Of a stretch of DNA of 64,000 bases, positions 39,636 to 48,298 are shown in pieces. Source of the stretch: Acidimicrobiia bacterium (GTDB lineage Bacteria > Actinomycetota > Acidimicrobiia > Spongiisociales > Spongiisociaceae); assembly GCA_041576165.1 (NCBI GenBank), contig JBFGLM010000014.1, positions 1 to 64,000 on the forward strand, given 5' to 3'. Below the pieces are notes generated by a model. The model was not told where the DNA came from, did no database searches, and saw only the letters and a list, made by a program, of their open reading frames with translations. Position 1 is the first letter of the stretch, and each line of letters begins with the position of its first letter. Made by a program: the position numbers and the translations under genes.

Positions 39636-40355
39636 CTACTTGTTCTTGCCCTTGCCCTTGCCGTTGCCGCCGGCGTTGGAGTGGGCGGGCGCCCCGCCGC
39701 CGGTTTCGCCGCCCTTGTCCTTCTTGCCCTTGACCTTTTCTTCAGTGCCGTCGGTGGCCGCTTCGGTCTCGTCGGTACCTTCGGTGGTCGCCTCGAGATC
39801 ATCGCCCCCGTTCTTTCCCATATCCGAGTGCGCGAATCCCCGAACCCAATGGCCGAAGGGTTCCTTCATGTCGTGTTTGAACGGCTTCATGGCGTGGACC
39901 ATGTTCGACACAACCGACCCGTGCGTGATCTGGCCATTGGGGCCGGTCACGTCGACGACCAGGCATCCTTCCGGGACCTCTTCCTCGGCCGGCTCTGCAA
40001 CGGCGCCTGCCGCGTCGGCCCCGCCGTCGGGCAGCGGGAGGCACATCGTGGACTCAGCCGGGTCCTCGTCGGTCCCGCTCTCCTCAACGACTTCTTCGTC
40101 TGCGGCTTCCTCTTCCAGAGCGCCGCTGATGTCGACAATCAGGGTGCCGTCCGCCTCGTCGAAGGCGTACGGCAAATCGCCGGCCGTCCCAAGCTCCCAC
40201 GTCTCGTCGGCTTCCTCGCCGGCCTCGTCGCCTGCTTCGACCAACTCGGCTTCGCTGTCGGACACATCGTCCAGCAACGCGAAGGCGGGGGCGGAGATGA
40301 TGACACTGGCAATAGCCGACAAGGTCAGCGTGCGGCCGCGGATGATTCGAAGCAC
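39636..40355 (-). CDS. Secreted acidic protein with basic Gly/Lys C-terminal tail
   Basis: GGAGGAG SD, signal peptide ending AFA, E/D-rich body, VTGPNGQITHGSVVS, ends GNGKGKGKNK. Confidence 0.75.
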   Translation of the reverse strand: MLRIIRGRTLTLSAIASVIISAPAFALLDDVSDSEAELVEAGDEAGEEADETWELGTAGDLPYAFDEADGTLIVDISGALEEEAADEEVVEESGTDEDPAESTMCLPLPDGGADAAGAVAEPAEEEVPEGCLVVDVTGPNGQITHGSVVSNMVHAMKPFKHDMKEPFGHWVRGFAHSDMGKNGGDDLEATTEGTDETEAATDGTEEKVKGKKDKGGETGGGAPAHSNAGGNGKGKGKNK

Positions 40356-40470
40356 AGGCTCCTCCGGTGTTCGTGGGAAGGACGTCCGTCACGGTTCCCT
40401 GGCGTGTTCATGGAAGTAAACGACGGATATCCGGTGGCGGGTACGGGCTGACAGCAAGAACCTCTTGTTA

Positions 40471-40488
40471 ATCGAACATATGTTCGAT
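40471..40488. promoter_or_regulatory. LexA (SOS) box upstream of imuA
   Basis: ATCGAACATATGTTCGAT, perfect palindrome matching actinobacterial TCGAAC-N4-GTTCGA; abuts TAGATT -10. Confidence 0.93.
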
Positions 40489-40518
40489 AGATTGGGTTCC
40501 CGGTTAGGAGTTGATGTG

Positions 40519-41211
40519 GTGTCGGGGTCATCGCTGGCAAACCTGCCCTGGGGATCAATCTGGCAGGGTACGGCCGGGGCAATAGCCACCGACCGTCAAA
40601 CGGCTGTATCTGCTGAGACAGCCCGACTAGCCGCGCCTCCCGGCCGGATCATTTCCCTCGAAGGACCTACCGGGCTCGGGATGACTCGAATCGGCTTGGG
40701 GTTGCTGTCCCAACTGGCCGCACACCTCCCGGTCGCCGTCGTTGACGTCCGAGGATGGATCTGCCCACTGGCCGCGTGGGAGTTGGGTATACCCCCGGAA
40801 CGGCTGGTGACCGTTCGATGTGATGACCCAATTCAATGGCCCAAGGCACTGGCCGCGCTGCTCGAAGGAATCGGTGGTGTATACGCCGAAGTTCCCCCAG
40901 GAGTTCCCGAACAAGCGCTCAGAAGGTTGTCGGCCTTGGCCCGCTCGCGGGAAGCCGCAGTGGTGCTGCGGCCTTTACGGGGCAAGCTCCCAGCCGGTGT
41001 CTCCTTTCTCCGTTTGCAGCCAACTGGGGTGGTGTGGGAGGGACCTGAGGCCGGTCACGGCCGGCTGAAGGGACGAAACATCACCCTCGAAGCTTCAGGT
41101 AAGGGAGCCGCGGGGATGCAACGAGTGATCGAGATGGAGGACGATGGCACGAACCTTGTGCATTTGGTTTCCGGAATGGCCTCTGCGCCGCCCCGACGCG
41201 CAGCCGGATGA
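40519..41211 (+). CDS. imuA: ImuA'-like RecA-fold mutasome accessory protein
   Basis: Degenerate P-loop EGPTGLGMT, LAAWELGIPPERL, LRRLSALAR, GPEAGHGRLKGR; SOS box; upstream of imuB. Confidence 0.8.
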   Translation: MSGSSLANLPWGSIWQGTAGAIATDRQTAVSAETARLAAPPGRIISLEGPTGLGMTRIGLGLLSQLAAHLPVAVVDVRGWICPLAAWELGIPPERLVTVRCDDPIQWPKALAALLEGIGGVYAEVPPGVPEQALRRLSALARSREAAVVLRPLRGKLPAGVSFLRLQPTGVVWEGPEAGHGRLKGRNITLEASGKGAAGMQRVIEMEDDGTNLVHLVSGMASAPPRRAAG

Positions 41212-42616
41212 GCCGTGCATCGTCACCGGTGAACGTGACGGCCGCCCCCAGGTGGTTGCCGCCAACCACCTGGCTCTCGCAGCCGGAGTCCTTCCGGGGA
41301 TGGAGCGTCGTGAAGCCGAGTGTCTGATTCCGGCGGGAATCAGTCTGGATCGGGACCTCGCCCGAGAAACGCGCCAGTTCGAACCGGTTCTGGATGCAGT
41401 AGAGGACCTGATTCCGAGGGTCGAGGTGGTAGAGCCGGGGTGGTTGTTCATACCTGTAGCCGGGGCGGTGCGCTATTTCGGGGGTGAAAGTCCGCTCATC
41501 GATCGTGTGGCAAAGGAGGTTGACGCGGTGGCCGGGCCGGGGGGTCGGTTTGGCGTGGCCGGTGGGCCCTTTGCCGCCTTTTGGGCAGCGCGGCAAGCCA
41601 CCAGTTCAGATCCGGTCAACTTCGTCGGCGATGATGCGAGCTTCCTGGCCGGTCTCGATATTGCGGCGCTGGCTACTGAAGATCTGGTAGCGACCTTCCG
41701 TTGGCTCGGCATAGAAACGCTCGGGGCGCTGGCACGTCTTCCCCGTCCGGCGATCGCCTCCCGGTTCGGTACACCGGGTTTGGTGGCGCACCGGTTGGCT
41801 AGCGGGGAGGATCGAAATCCGACACCTCGTGCCTTACCTCCCGAGTTGACCGTCGAGGATCACTATGAGGAGCCGTTGCAGCTTCTCGAGCAAGTCGGGT
41901 TTGCCGCCCGGTCCCTGGCGAACCGGCTTATGGAGACACTCCGGCCCCACGGCATCTCGCCGCATCGCGTATGTGTGGAAGCCGAAGCAGCCGACGGCAC
42001 GCTTCGGGCGAGGATATGGCGAAGCGCCGACCCCTTCTCGGAAGCTTCGCTCAGCGAACGGGTCTGGTGGCAGCTCCGGGCTTGGATCGAGTCGGCCGGG
42101 GTCCCCGGCGGACTGGTACGTCTGCGGCTCGCGCCCGAAGACCTCTCCGGCGCCGGCCGGCAGATGGCGTTGTTTGAAAATGTGGCGGCCGAGATCGAGG
42201 CGGAGCGAGCGCTGGCCCGGGTGCAGGCAATCCTCGGTCCAGATGCGGTTCTCGAAGCGCGCCCCACCGGTGGGCGTAATCCACAAGACCGGGTGCGCTG
42301 GTACCGGTGGGGAGACGAGGAGCCGGCCATTGCTCCTGAGGCTCCCTGGCCGGGAAAGTTGCCCGCTCCGGCCCCGGCGCTGGTGCCTCCCGAACCGAAA
42401 GTACTCGAGGTGGAGTGGGAGGCGGGTATCCCCGAACGTGTGAGGCTCGCCAGTCGGTGGGAGCCCGTCTTGAATTGGGCGGGACCCTGGCGTCAGGTTG
42501 GAGCTTGGTGGCGTGGCGAAGATCCCGCCGACCATTACCAGATCGTCACATACGCCGGGGCAATGCTGTGTGCCGTTGTGGAGGGGACCGCGTATTTGGT
42601 CGGGGTCTACGACTGA
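41144..42616 (+). CDS. imuB: ImuB (inactive Y-family polymerase homolog)
   Basis: RTLCIWFPEWP, VVAANHLA..GV.PGM, PRVEVVEPG, LGIETLG, WAGPW...WW...GVYD. Confidence 0.88.
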   Translation: MARTLCIWFPEWPLRRPDAQPDEPCIVTGERDGRPQVVAANHLALAAGVLPGMERREAECLIPAGISLDRDLARETRQFEPVLDAVEDLIPRVEVVEPGWLFIPVAGAVRYFGGESPLIDRVAKEVDAVAGPGGRFGVAGGPFAAFWAARQATSSDPVNFVGDDASFLAGLDIAALATEDLVATFRWLGIETLGALARLPRPAIASRFGTPGLVAHRLASGEDRNPTPRALPPELTVEDHYEEPLQLLEQVGFAARSLANRLMETLRPHGISPHRVCVEAEAADGTLRARIWRSADPFSEASLSERVWWQLRAWIESAGVPGGLVRLRLAPEDLSGAGRQMALFENVAAEIEAERALARVQAILGPDAVLEARPTGGRNPQDRVRWYRWGDEEPAIAPEAPWPGKLPAPAPALVPPEPKVLEVEWEAGIPERVRLASRWEPVLNWAGPWRQVGAWWRGEDPADHYQIVTYAGAMLCAVVEGTAYLVGVYD

Positions 42617-42621
42617 CCTCG

Positions 42622-43353
42622 TCAGGAGTCGCTGGCTGCGTTCACCTTCGTTGAAATGATCGAGTGGACCCGATCACGCAGTTCATCGATCTCCTTGCCC
42701 GTCAAGCCGGCCGTCTCGATGGGCGGATAGATCTCGACGTGGATGGGGCCCGGCCGAATCACCCGCGTGGTCGGACGCCACACCTTCCGACTGCCGGTGA
42801 TGGCGGTTGGCAAGATCGGGATGCCCATTGACGCCGCGATCGTGAATGCTCCCTTTTTGAATGGTCGCATGACACCGTCTCGCGGACGAGTCCCCTCGGG
42901 ATAGACGATGAGCGAGCGGCCGAGATTGATTGCCTCTTTGGCCGAGCGGTTGATGTGGGCGTGGACTGAGCCTCCCGCCATCCGATCGACCTCTACGATC
43001 CCGATGGCACGCAGGGCGCTGCCGAAGATCGGGATGCGGAACAGCTCCTTTTTGGCGAGGTAACGAATCGGCAACGGGAACACGATGAAGTGCGAGAAGA
43101 TGTCGAACGCCGACTGGTGATTGGAAACGATCACATATGAACGGGATGGATCGACGTTTTCCGTGCCGCTCACAGACAGCGTGGCGCCGCTGAGCCGGAA
43201 CCACTGCTGCGCCCACGACTTGGCGGCGGTCTCGATCCGAGGATCGTCCGCCCGGCGCACCGCGAGCAGCCAAACGAACGCGGCATACGCGGCAGTGGCC
43301 GGGATCATCACCGAGATCGTGAGCATGCTGCGCGCCAGACCCCGAATCCACAT
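42622..43353 (-). CDS. plsC: 1-acyl-sn-glycerol-3-phosphate acyltransferase family protein
   Basis: NHQSAFD (HX4D), AKKELF, YPEGTR, FKKGAF. Confidence 0.92.
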   Translation of the reverse strand: MWIRGLARSMLTISVMIPATAAYAAFVWLLAVRRADDPRIETAAKSWAQQWFRLSGATLSVSGTENVDPSRSYVIVSNHQSAFDIFSHFIVFPLPIRYLAKKELFRIPIFGSALRAIGIVEVDRMAGGSVHAHINRSAKEAINLGRSLIVYPEGTRPRDGVMRPFKKGAFTIAASMGIPILPTAITGSRKVWRPTTRVIRPGPIHVEIYPPIETAGLTGKEIDELRDRVHSIISTKVNAASDS

Positions 43354-43441
43354 AACCTCACGGTATCAGCCCGGCCGTGAGGTGACGGCCGTTGGATTCG
43401 TCAGCGGCGAGCTCGCTGGACGCGCCTCCGGCCCGTCACAC

Positions 43442-43496
43442 GGCGAACCTTCGGCTGGAGGGTGCCTTGAGGGCACCCTCCAGCCTAAGGTTCGCC
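43442..43496. repeat. 25-bp inverted repeat (one mismatch) between divergent plsC and ycaQ-like genes
   Basis: ggcgaaccttcggctggagggtgcc-ttgag-ggcaccctccagcctaaggttcgcc. Confidence 0.85.
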
Positions 43497-43501
43497 CCGT
43501 T

Positions 43502-44686
43502 TTGCGACTCACCAACGATCAGGCTGTGCGCGCTTTTCTCGCTGCGCAAGGGTTCAACGACCGGCCGCCAAATGGCGCGGTCACCGCGCGGCACTTCCGG
43601 CGCGTGGTCGACCGGGTGACGCTGCTTCAAATCGATTCAGTCAACGTTGTCACCCGGGCTCACTACGTTCCCCTGTTCGCGCGGCTAGGCCCATACGACC
43701 GGGACGACCTGGACCATCACATTTACGGGCGGCGGGCCATGTTCGAGTACTGGTGCCACGAACAGTCGTATGCACCCATCCACCTCTACCCGGCCATGAT
43801 CACGAGAATGCGAGCCCTCGAAGCCAAGCCGTGGCGTCGGGTGCGGCGACTCCTCGAGGAGCAGCCGGGATATCTGGATCTCGTGCTCGAGGAAGTAGCC
43901 GCCCACGGTCCGATGTCGGCCCGCGAGCTCTCGGACCCCGGCACGCGAACGGGACCGTGGTGGGGTCACGGGAAGGGCAAGATCGCTTTGGATTATCTGT
44001 TCTCGGCCGGAAAGCTGGCGATCGCCCGGCGCATGAACTTCGAGCGGTTTTACGATCTGCCCGAACGGGTCATTCCTGCGAGCGTTCTCGCCCAGCCTGC
44101 CCTGAGCGAACGCGATGCTATGCGAGAACGCCTTCGCCACTCGATCAAGTCGCTGGCGGTCGCCACGGCCGCCGACCTGTGTGACTACTTCCGGACCACT
44201 CAGAAAGAGGCAGGTCCCGTGATCGACGCCATGGTGGCAAAAGGTGAGCTGGTGCCGATCGAGGTGGAGGGATGGAATCGGCCCGCTTACACCCATCCCC
44301 ATCTGTCGATCCCCCGTTCGGTCGGGGGCCGTTCGCTGGTCGCCCCATTTGATTCAATGGTGTGGGACCGACGGCGCACAGAACGCCTATTCGGCTTTCA
44401 CTACCGCATCGAGATCTACGTACCCGCCCCCCAGCGCAAGTATGGCTATTACGTGTTCCCGTTTCGCCTCGGGGAACAGATCGTCGCCCGGGTGGACCTG
44501 AAGGCAGACCGGGCCGCAGGCGCGCTGCGTGTGCTCGGGGCTTTCAGCGAGGACGGATTGGATCGCAAACACGTCGCCCGCGAGCTGCGGGACGAGCTCG
44601 ACCGGATCGCCGAGTGGCTCGCACTCGATCGGGTGGTGCTCGGCCGGCGGGGAGATCTGATGGCCGAACTCCGGGTGGCCTCGTGA
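43502..44686 (+). CDS. YcaQ-like winged-helix DNA crosslink glycosylase
   Basis: LLQIDSVNVVTRAHY (QxD), FEYWCHE, APFDSMVWDR, YRIEIYVPAPQRKYGYY, ARVDLKADR; start uncertain. Confidence 0.88.
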   Translation: MRLTNDQAVRAFLAAQGFNDRPPNGAVTARHFRRVVDRVTLLQIDSVNVVTRAHYVPLFARLGPYDRDDLDHHIYGRRAMFEYWCHEQSYAPIHLYPAMITRMRALEAKPWRRVRRLLEEQPGYLDLVLEEVAAHGPMSARELSDPGTRTGPWWGHGKGKIALDYLFSAGKLAIARRMNFERFYDLPERVIPASVLAQPALSERDAMRERLRHSIKSLAVATAADLCDYFRTTQKEAGPVIDAMVAKGELVPIEVEGWNRPAYTHPHLSIPRSVGGRSLVAPFDSMVWDRRRTERLFGFHYRIEIYVPAPQRKYGYYVFPFRLGEQIVARVDLKADRAAGALRVLGAFSEDGLDRKHVARELRDELDRIAEWLALDRVVLGRRGDLMAELRVAS

Positions 44687-45303
44687 GTGGTCTTGACCAT
44701 CGATCACCCAAGTCGGATTGGCGACAATGGGCCCGCGGGCTTCACCACCGCGGACTTGCCGACCGGGCCGGGCCCGGGATCCTGTCACACGCTGCCCGGT
44801 ATCTGGAGCGGGTGGCTCCGACCACGGTGGTGTTGTTCGCAAACCTCCCGGATGAGGTCAGCGTTGATGGGCTGGCCGAGATAGAGCGTCACGATTTCGC
44901 CCTTACTCGCACGCCTCCGACCGGGTGGTTGACCATCCACCGGTGGACGGCACCGCGAGAAACGCACCCGTTCGGGTTCAGTCAACCGGTCGGACAGGCG
45001 CCCAAGGTACCTTTTGATCAGATCGGCGTTGTGGTCGTGCCGGCGCTGGCCTTCGATCGAAGCGGCGTCCGACTCGGACGGGGCGCCGGCTATTACGACG
45101 AGCTCTTTTCGCGCCTCCCGCAATCGGTGCTGCGGGTGGGGGTCACTCCGGCTGCGCTGGTGGTGGAGCGCCTACCCCGGGCGCCGCACGATGCAGTGGT
45201 GGACGTCCTCATCACCGAGGACGGGCTGATTGACACCTCACGTTGCGCTCCATCCGATGATCTTCTCAACCGAAATCATGATGGCAGCGCCGAGCCGGAC
45301 TGA
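44683..45303 (+). CDS. 5-formyltetrahydrofolate cyclo-ligase
   Basis: VVPALAFDRSGVRLGRGAGYYD, PHD..VD.LITE; GTGA overlap with upstream gene. Confidence 0.88.
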   Translation: MSGLDHRSPKSDWRQWARGLHHRGLADRAGPGILSHAARYLERVAPTTVVLFANLPDEVSVDGLAEIERHDFALTRTPPTGWLTIHRWTAPRETHPFGFSQPVGQAPKVPFDQIGVVVVPALAFDRSGVRLGRGAGYYDELFSRLPQSVLRVGVTPAALVVERLPRAPHDAVVDVLITEDGLIDTSRCAPSDDLLNRNHDGSAEPD

Positions 45304-45648
45304 CGCATACTGCGGGTACTTCGCTCGGAGCGGGCGGACACATGCGTCATGACCGGGGTCGGTGGACTCCACCCGACGGGCCGTCCCGTCGACCCGCACC
45401 CACCACAACGAGTCCCAATCCTCGGAATAGTGGTCGACGAGCACCGTCACGCGTGAGTCGTGGCGAAGGTTGACGAGGCGGCGTAATTCCGTAGTGCGCT
45501 TCGGTTTGTGGTCGACCGCGGTGATCAGCACGTCTCCGTCCCTAGCGAAGACGATCGGTACCAGATGCGGGCGGCCGTCAGAGCTGATGGTGGCCAGCAC
45601 GGCCGATCTGGCGCCGTCAAGATGCGCGAGCGCTTCTGGACGGTTCAT
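45238..45648 (-). CDS. PPOX class F420-dependent oxidoreductase (TIGR03668-like)
   Basis: LATISSDGRPHLVPIVFA, TAVDHKPK, LVDHYSEDWDSLWWVRVDG, KYPQY. Confidence 0.87.
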   Translation of the reverse strand: MNRPEALAHLDGARSAVLATISSDGRPHLVPIVFARDGDVLITAVDHKPKRTTELRRLVNLRHDSRVTVLVDHYSEDWDSLWWVRVDGTARRVESTDPGHDACVRPLRAKYPQYASVRLGAAIMISVEKIIGWSAT

Positions 45649-46385
45649 CCTCCCAGTCCGGCGGTCCAGTCCTGCGGACCGGCGGCGGGGCGAGTAGTCC
45701 CGGCGAGCGACTGAATCCCGAAGGCGTCGGCCGGGATCGTGAGGAAGGCGTCCGGCTCCCACAGGCCGGCGTCGATCGCGATCTGAGATCGTCCGTGCCC
45801 GGCCGACCCCCATTCGACATAGGTGACCATCTGCTGAGCGTCCTCGAACGCCGAGGATCTGAACAGGGCCAGCTCTCCGTCGGTGCGATCAATGGACCCC
45901 ACCCGCCCATTCATCGGAATGACTGCCTTGGCGATCCCCGCCCCATCCCCCAGGTTGGCGCCGTCTCCTACCGCCAGCCACACAGCCTCGAGTGGCTCAA
46001 GCTCAATGGACGGGATCTGGAAATACTGTGGGCGACTGCAGAGCGCATATCCACCCAGATCGCCCGCCACGATCCCAACATTGGCAATCGCGACAAACCC
46101 GTTCGCCCCGAACTGGATCTCTGTGATCGCAAACTCGGCCGTCGCATCCGGAGGCAGGGTCGTGGTGGTCGCTCGCGTCGTCTCCGCCGCGGCCGCGGTT
46201 GTATCGGTTTCCTGCAAGATGGTTGTGGTCGCGTCGCGGGCCGAAGTGTCGGTGGTCTCCACCGTGGGCGGTGTGGTTGTAGAAGCATCCGTCGTCTGAA
46301 TCGTCGAACGACGGGGCTCGCGTAGCACCAGGAGAACCGCGGCCACCAAGAGCAGCAACGCGAGGACACCAATCAACCTACGCAT
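45645..46385 (-). CDS. Membrane-anchored protein with Thr-rich linker
   Basis: N-terminal TM, TTT-rich stalk, globular C-domain (YVEWGSAGHGR...AGLW). Confidence 0.7.
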   Translation of the reverse strand: MRRLIGVLALLLLVAAVLLVLREPRRSTIQTTDASTTTPPTVETTDTSARDATTTILQETDTTAAAAETTRATTTTLPPDATAEFAITEIQFGANGFVAIANVGIVAGDLGGYALCSRPQYFQIPSIELEPLEAVWLAVGDGANLGDGAGIAKAVIPMNGRVGSIDRTDGELALFRSSAFEDAQQMVTYVEWGSAGHGRSQIAIDAGLWEPDAFLTIPADAFGIQSLAGTTRPAAGPQDWTAGLGG

Positions 46386-47140
46386 CGTTGCCTTCTCTCG
46401 ACTACCTCGTTGATCAAACGGACCAGCGTCGGCTGGGCAGAATCCGACCACACAGTGTGTCCTTGCTCGCTGGGGTGGAACAGGTCCGGTGAGAACATAC
46501 CTGGTCGGGTTCGGAATGGCTCTGATGCCAGCTCGCGGATCGGCACCTTGACCACGTGTGGTTGGCCGGCGGCTGTCTGGCGATGAACCCGCTCAAACAA
46601 CGCTGACCGGACGTTGAGCAGATGGGCGAGTGGGCCCGGCAACCGGGGTATCGCACCGACATTGCCAATGCCCAACAGCGCAACTATCGCCCCGGCGTCT
46701 ACCAGCGACTGCACGATGAACCGGAAATCCGCCCGGAAGCGCTTCAGCGGCACGCCCCGGATCGCGTCGTTCGATCCGACCGATACCAGGGCGATGTCGG
46801 GCTCGGTATCGAGTGCTGCTGTCAGCTGCGTGCGGCGCACATCGGCGGCCTTCGAGCCACCGACCGCCACGCTGACCAGCGTCACCCGGACGTCGGGCCT
46901 GATGCGCACGAGAGACTGCCGGATCCAAATATCGGCAGGGTCCAGCAAACCTGGGCCGGTCAGGGTGCTGTCGCCTAACGCAACGATCGTGATGGGTGTG
47001 CCGTCCTCGGGTCCGACCGCACCGGAGGCATCGAGGTTGGTGAACGAGGGGAGGGTGCGGTGGCCGGCGTAGTAACCCTGAGCCACCAGGCCCACGACTG
47101 TGGCCAGCCCGGCCCCGGACATCGCCTTGCGTAGCTGCAT
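46373..47140 (-). CDS. SGNH/GDSL family hydrolase
   Basis: LGDS, VGSND, DLFHPS (DxxH). Confidence 0.9.
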   Translation of the reverse strand: MQLRKAMSGAGLATVVGLVAQGYYAGHRTLPSFTNLDASGAVGPEDGTPITIVALGDSTLTGPGLLDPADIWIRQSLVRIRPDVRVTLVSVAVGGSKAADVRRTQLTAALDTEPDIALVSVGSNDAIRGVPLKRFRADFRFIVQSLVDAGAIVALLGIGNVGAIPRLPGPLAHLLNVRSALFERVHRQTAAGQPHVVKVPIRELASEPFRTRPGMFSPDLFHPSEQGHTVWSDSAQPTLVRLINEVVERRQRCVG

Positions 47141-47200
47141 GAGTGGTTTTCTAGCAGCATCGGAAAGCCAGCCGGTCGCACCTAGGCCGGCCGCAGCTCC

Positions 47201-48145
47201 CTACTTTCCGCGTCTGTGCTCGTCGTCCTCGTCCCCGGTCTTGTCCGGGTGGTTGGCCTGGCGGTCCTTGTCTCTCCTGCCGTGGTCAGCGGACTGGTCG
47301 CCGGAACCGGCGTCCGGGTCCTGGTCGCCGGCCAGCAGTGTGAAGGTGAAGCTGGCCTCGCCGCCGCTCGCAGCTTTGACCGCCACCGAGAAGGTCTCGC
47401 CGATCGGGACATTAGAGAACGAGACCCGCAGGTCCCATGTTCCCTTTTCTCCGACTCGCGTCTCGCCTGCGCCGTACGGAGAGGTGACTTTGATCATGTC
47501 GCCCGGGTGGCCGGTGCCCCAATACACGTCGCGGGGCTTCTTTCCCTCCACCGTCCCGTACTTGTTGTTTGCAGTGAACGCGCCCGTGCGGCGGTCGACG
47601 GCCTCTTCGTTCCCATCAGTCCCGCCGGGCGCCGCGCTGGGAGATGGTCCAGGCACGTCGTAGTGCGCTGTGACCGATGCCTCGCGCACGGTCACACCAT
47701 CGGGGCTGGTGGCGTACAAGGTGGCCTTGTTCGGTCCTGGGGTCAGTACTAGTCCGATTGACCAGTTGCCTTTGCCATCGTGCGTTGCGGCAAACCCGGC
47801 CGCCGTGACCGTCCACCCGACAGGAGCAGTCCCGCGGAATGTCACGTATTGCTCGGCGAAACGGGCTTCCGGCTGGGGGAAAGTGATCTCAAATGGGATC
47901 GCTCCGGCGGCCGCAGTGAACGAGACATCCGGGTCTGCCGGCTCACCGGACACCGAGGCCGCAACCTCGAGCAACGTTGTGGTCGGAGCGGAGGACGGCT
48001 CGGTCCCTGCGACGAATCCAGACATGACCTGTACGGGCTCAGGTGCACGCGGCGCCAGCGAGCCAGCCTTCGCCAAGGCGACCCCAGCCAGCAGCACGAC
48101 GACAAAGGCCGCGCTGAAGACAGCGATGGTCCGTTTGTTGAACAA
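47201..48145 (-). CDS. Secreted/membrane protein with Ig-like repeats and charged His/Asp tail
   Basis: TTG start with AGGGGG SD; signal MFNKRTIAVFSAAFVVVLLAGVALA; two ...G.G.W...V beta segments; tail DHGRRDKDRQANHPDKTGDEDDEHRRGK. Confidence 0.7.
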   Translation of the reverse strand: MFNKRTIAVFSAAFVVVLLAGVALAKAGSLAPRAPEPVQVMSGFVAGTEPSSAPTTTLLEVAASVSGEPADPDVSFTAAAGAIPFEITFPQPEARFAEQYVTFRGTAPVGWTVTAAGFAATHDGKGNWSIGLVLTPGPNKATLYATSPDGVTVREASVTAHYDVPGPSPSAAPGGTDGNEEAVDRRTGAFTANNKYGTVEGKKPRDVYWGTGHPGDMIKVTSPYGAGETRVGEKGTWDLRVSFSNVPIGETFSVAVKAASGGEASFTFTLLAGDQDPDAGSGDQSADHGRRDKDRQANHPDKTGDEDDEHRRGK

Positions 48146-48228
48146 GCAGTTCCCCCTGCGGGTTCGAAGATTCCCCGGGTCCGCGTGGATGATGAACTTG
48201 TGGGGGCGGTGGTCCCGCCTTCTCACAC

Positions 48229-48260
48229 AAGACTCGCCCTATGGGGCCGCTGAGGTTTAC
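48229..48260 (-). promoter_or_regulatory. Candidate ECF-type promoter GTAAACCTC-N16-GAGTC
   Basis: Same motif (N15) at 5030-5058 on plus strand. Confidence 0.4.
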
Positions 48261-48298
48261 CGGGTTCCTAGGAAGAATCTGGGCGGCGGCCGTCGGGG

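Noticed and set aside
44600-44690. 6S RNA expected upstream of 5-formyl-THF cyclo-ligase
   Set aside because: The gene overlaps the upstream CDS (GTGA); there is no room for an RNA gene.
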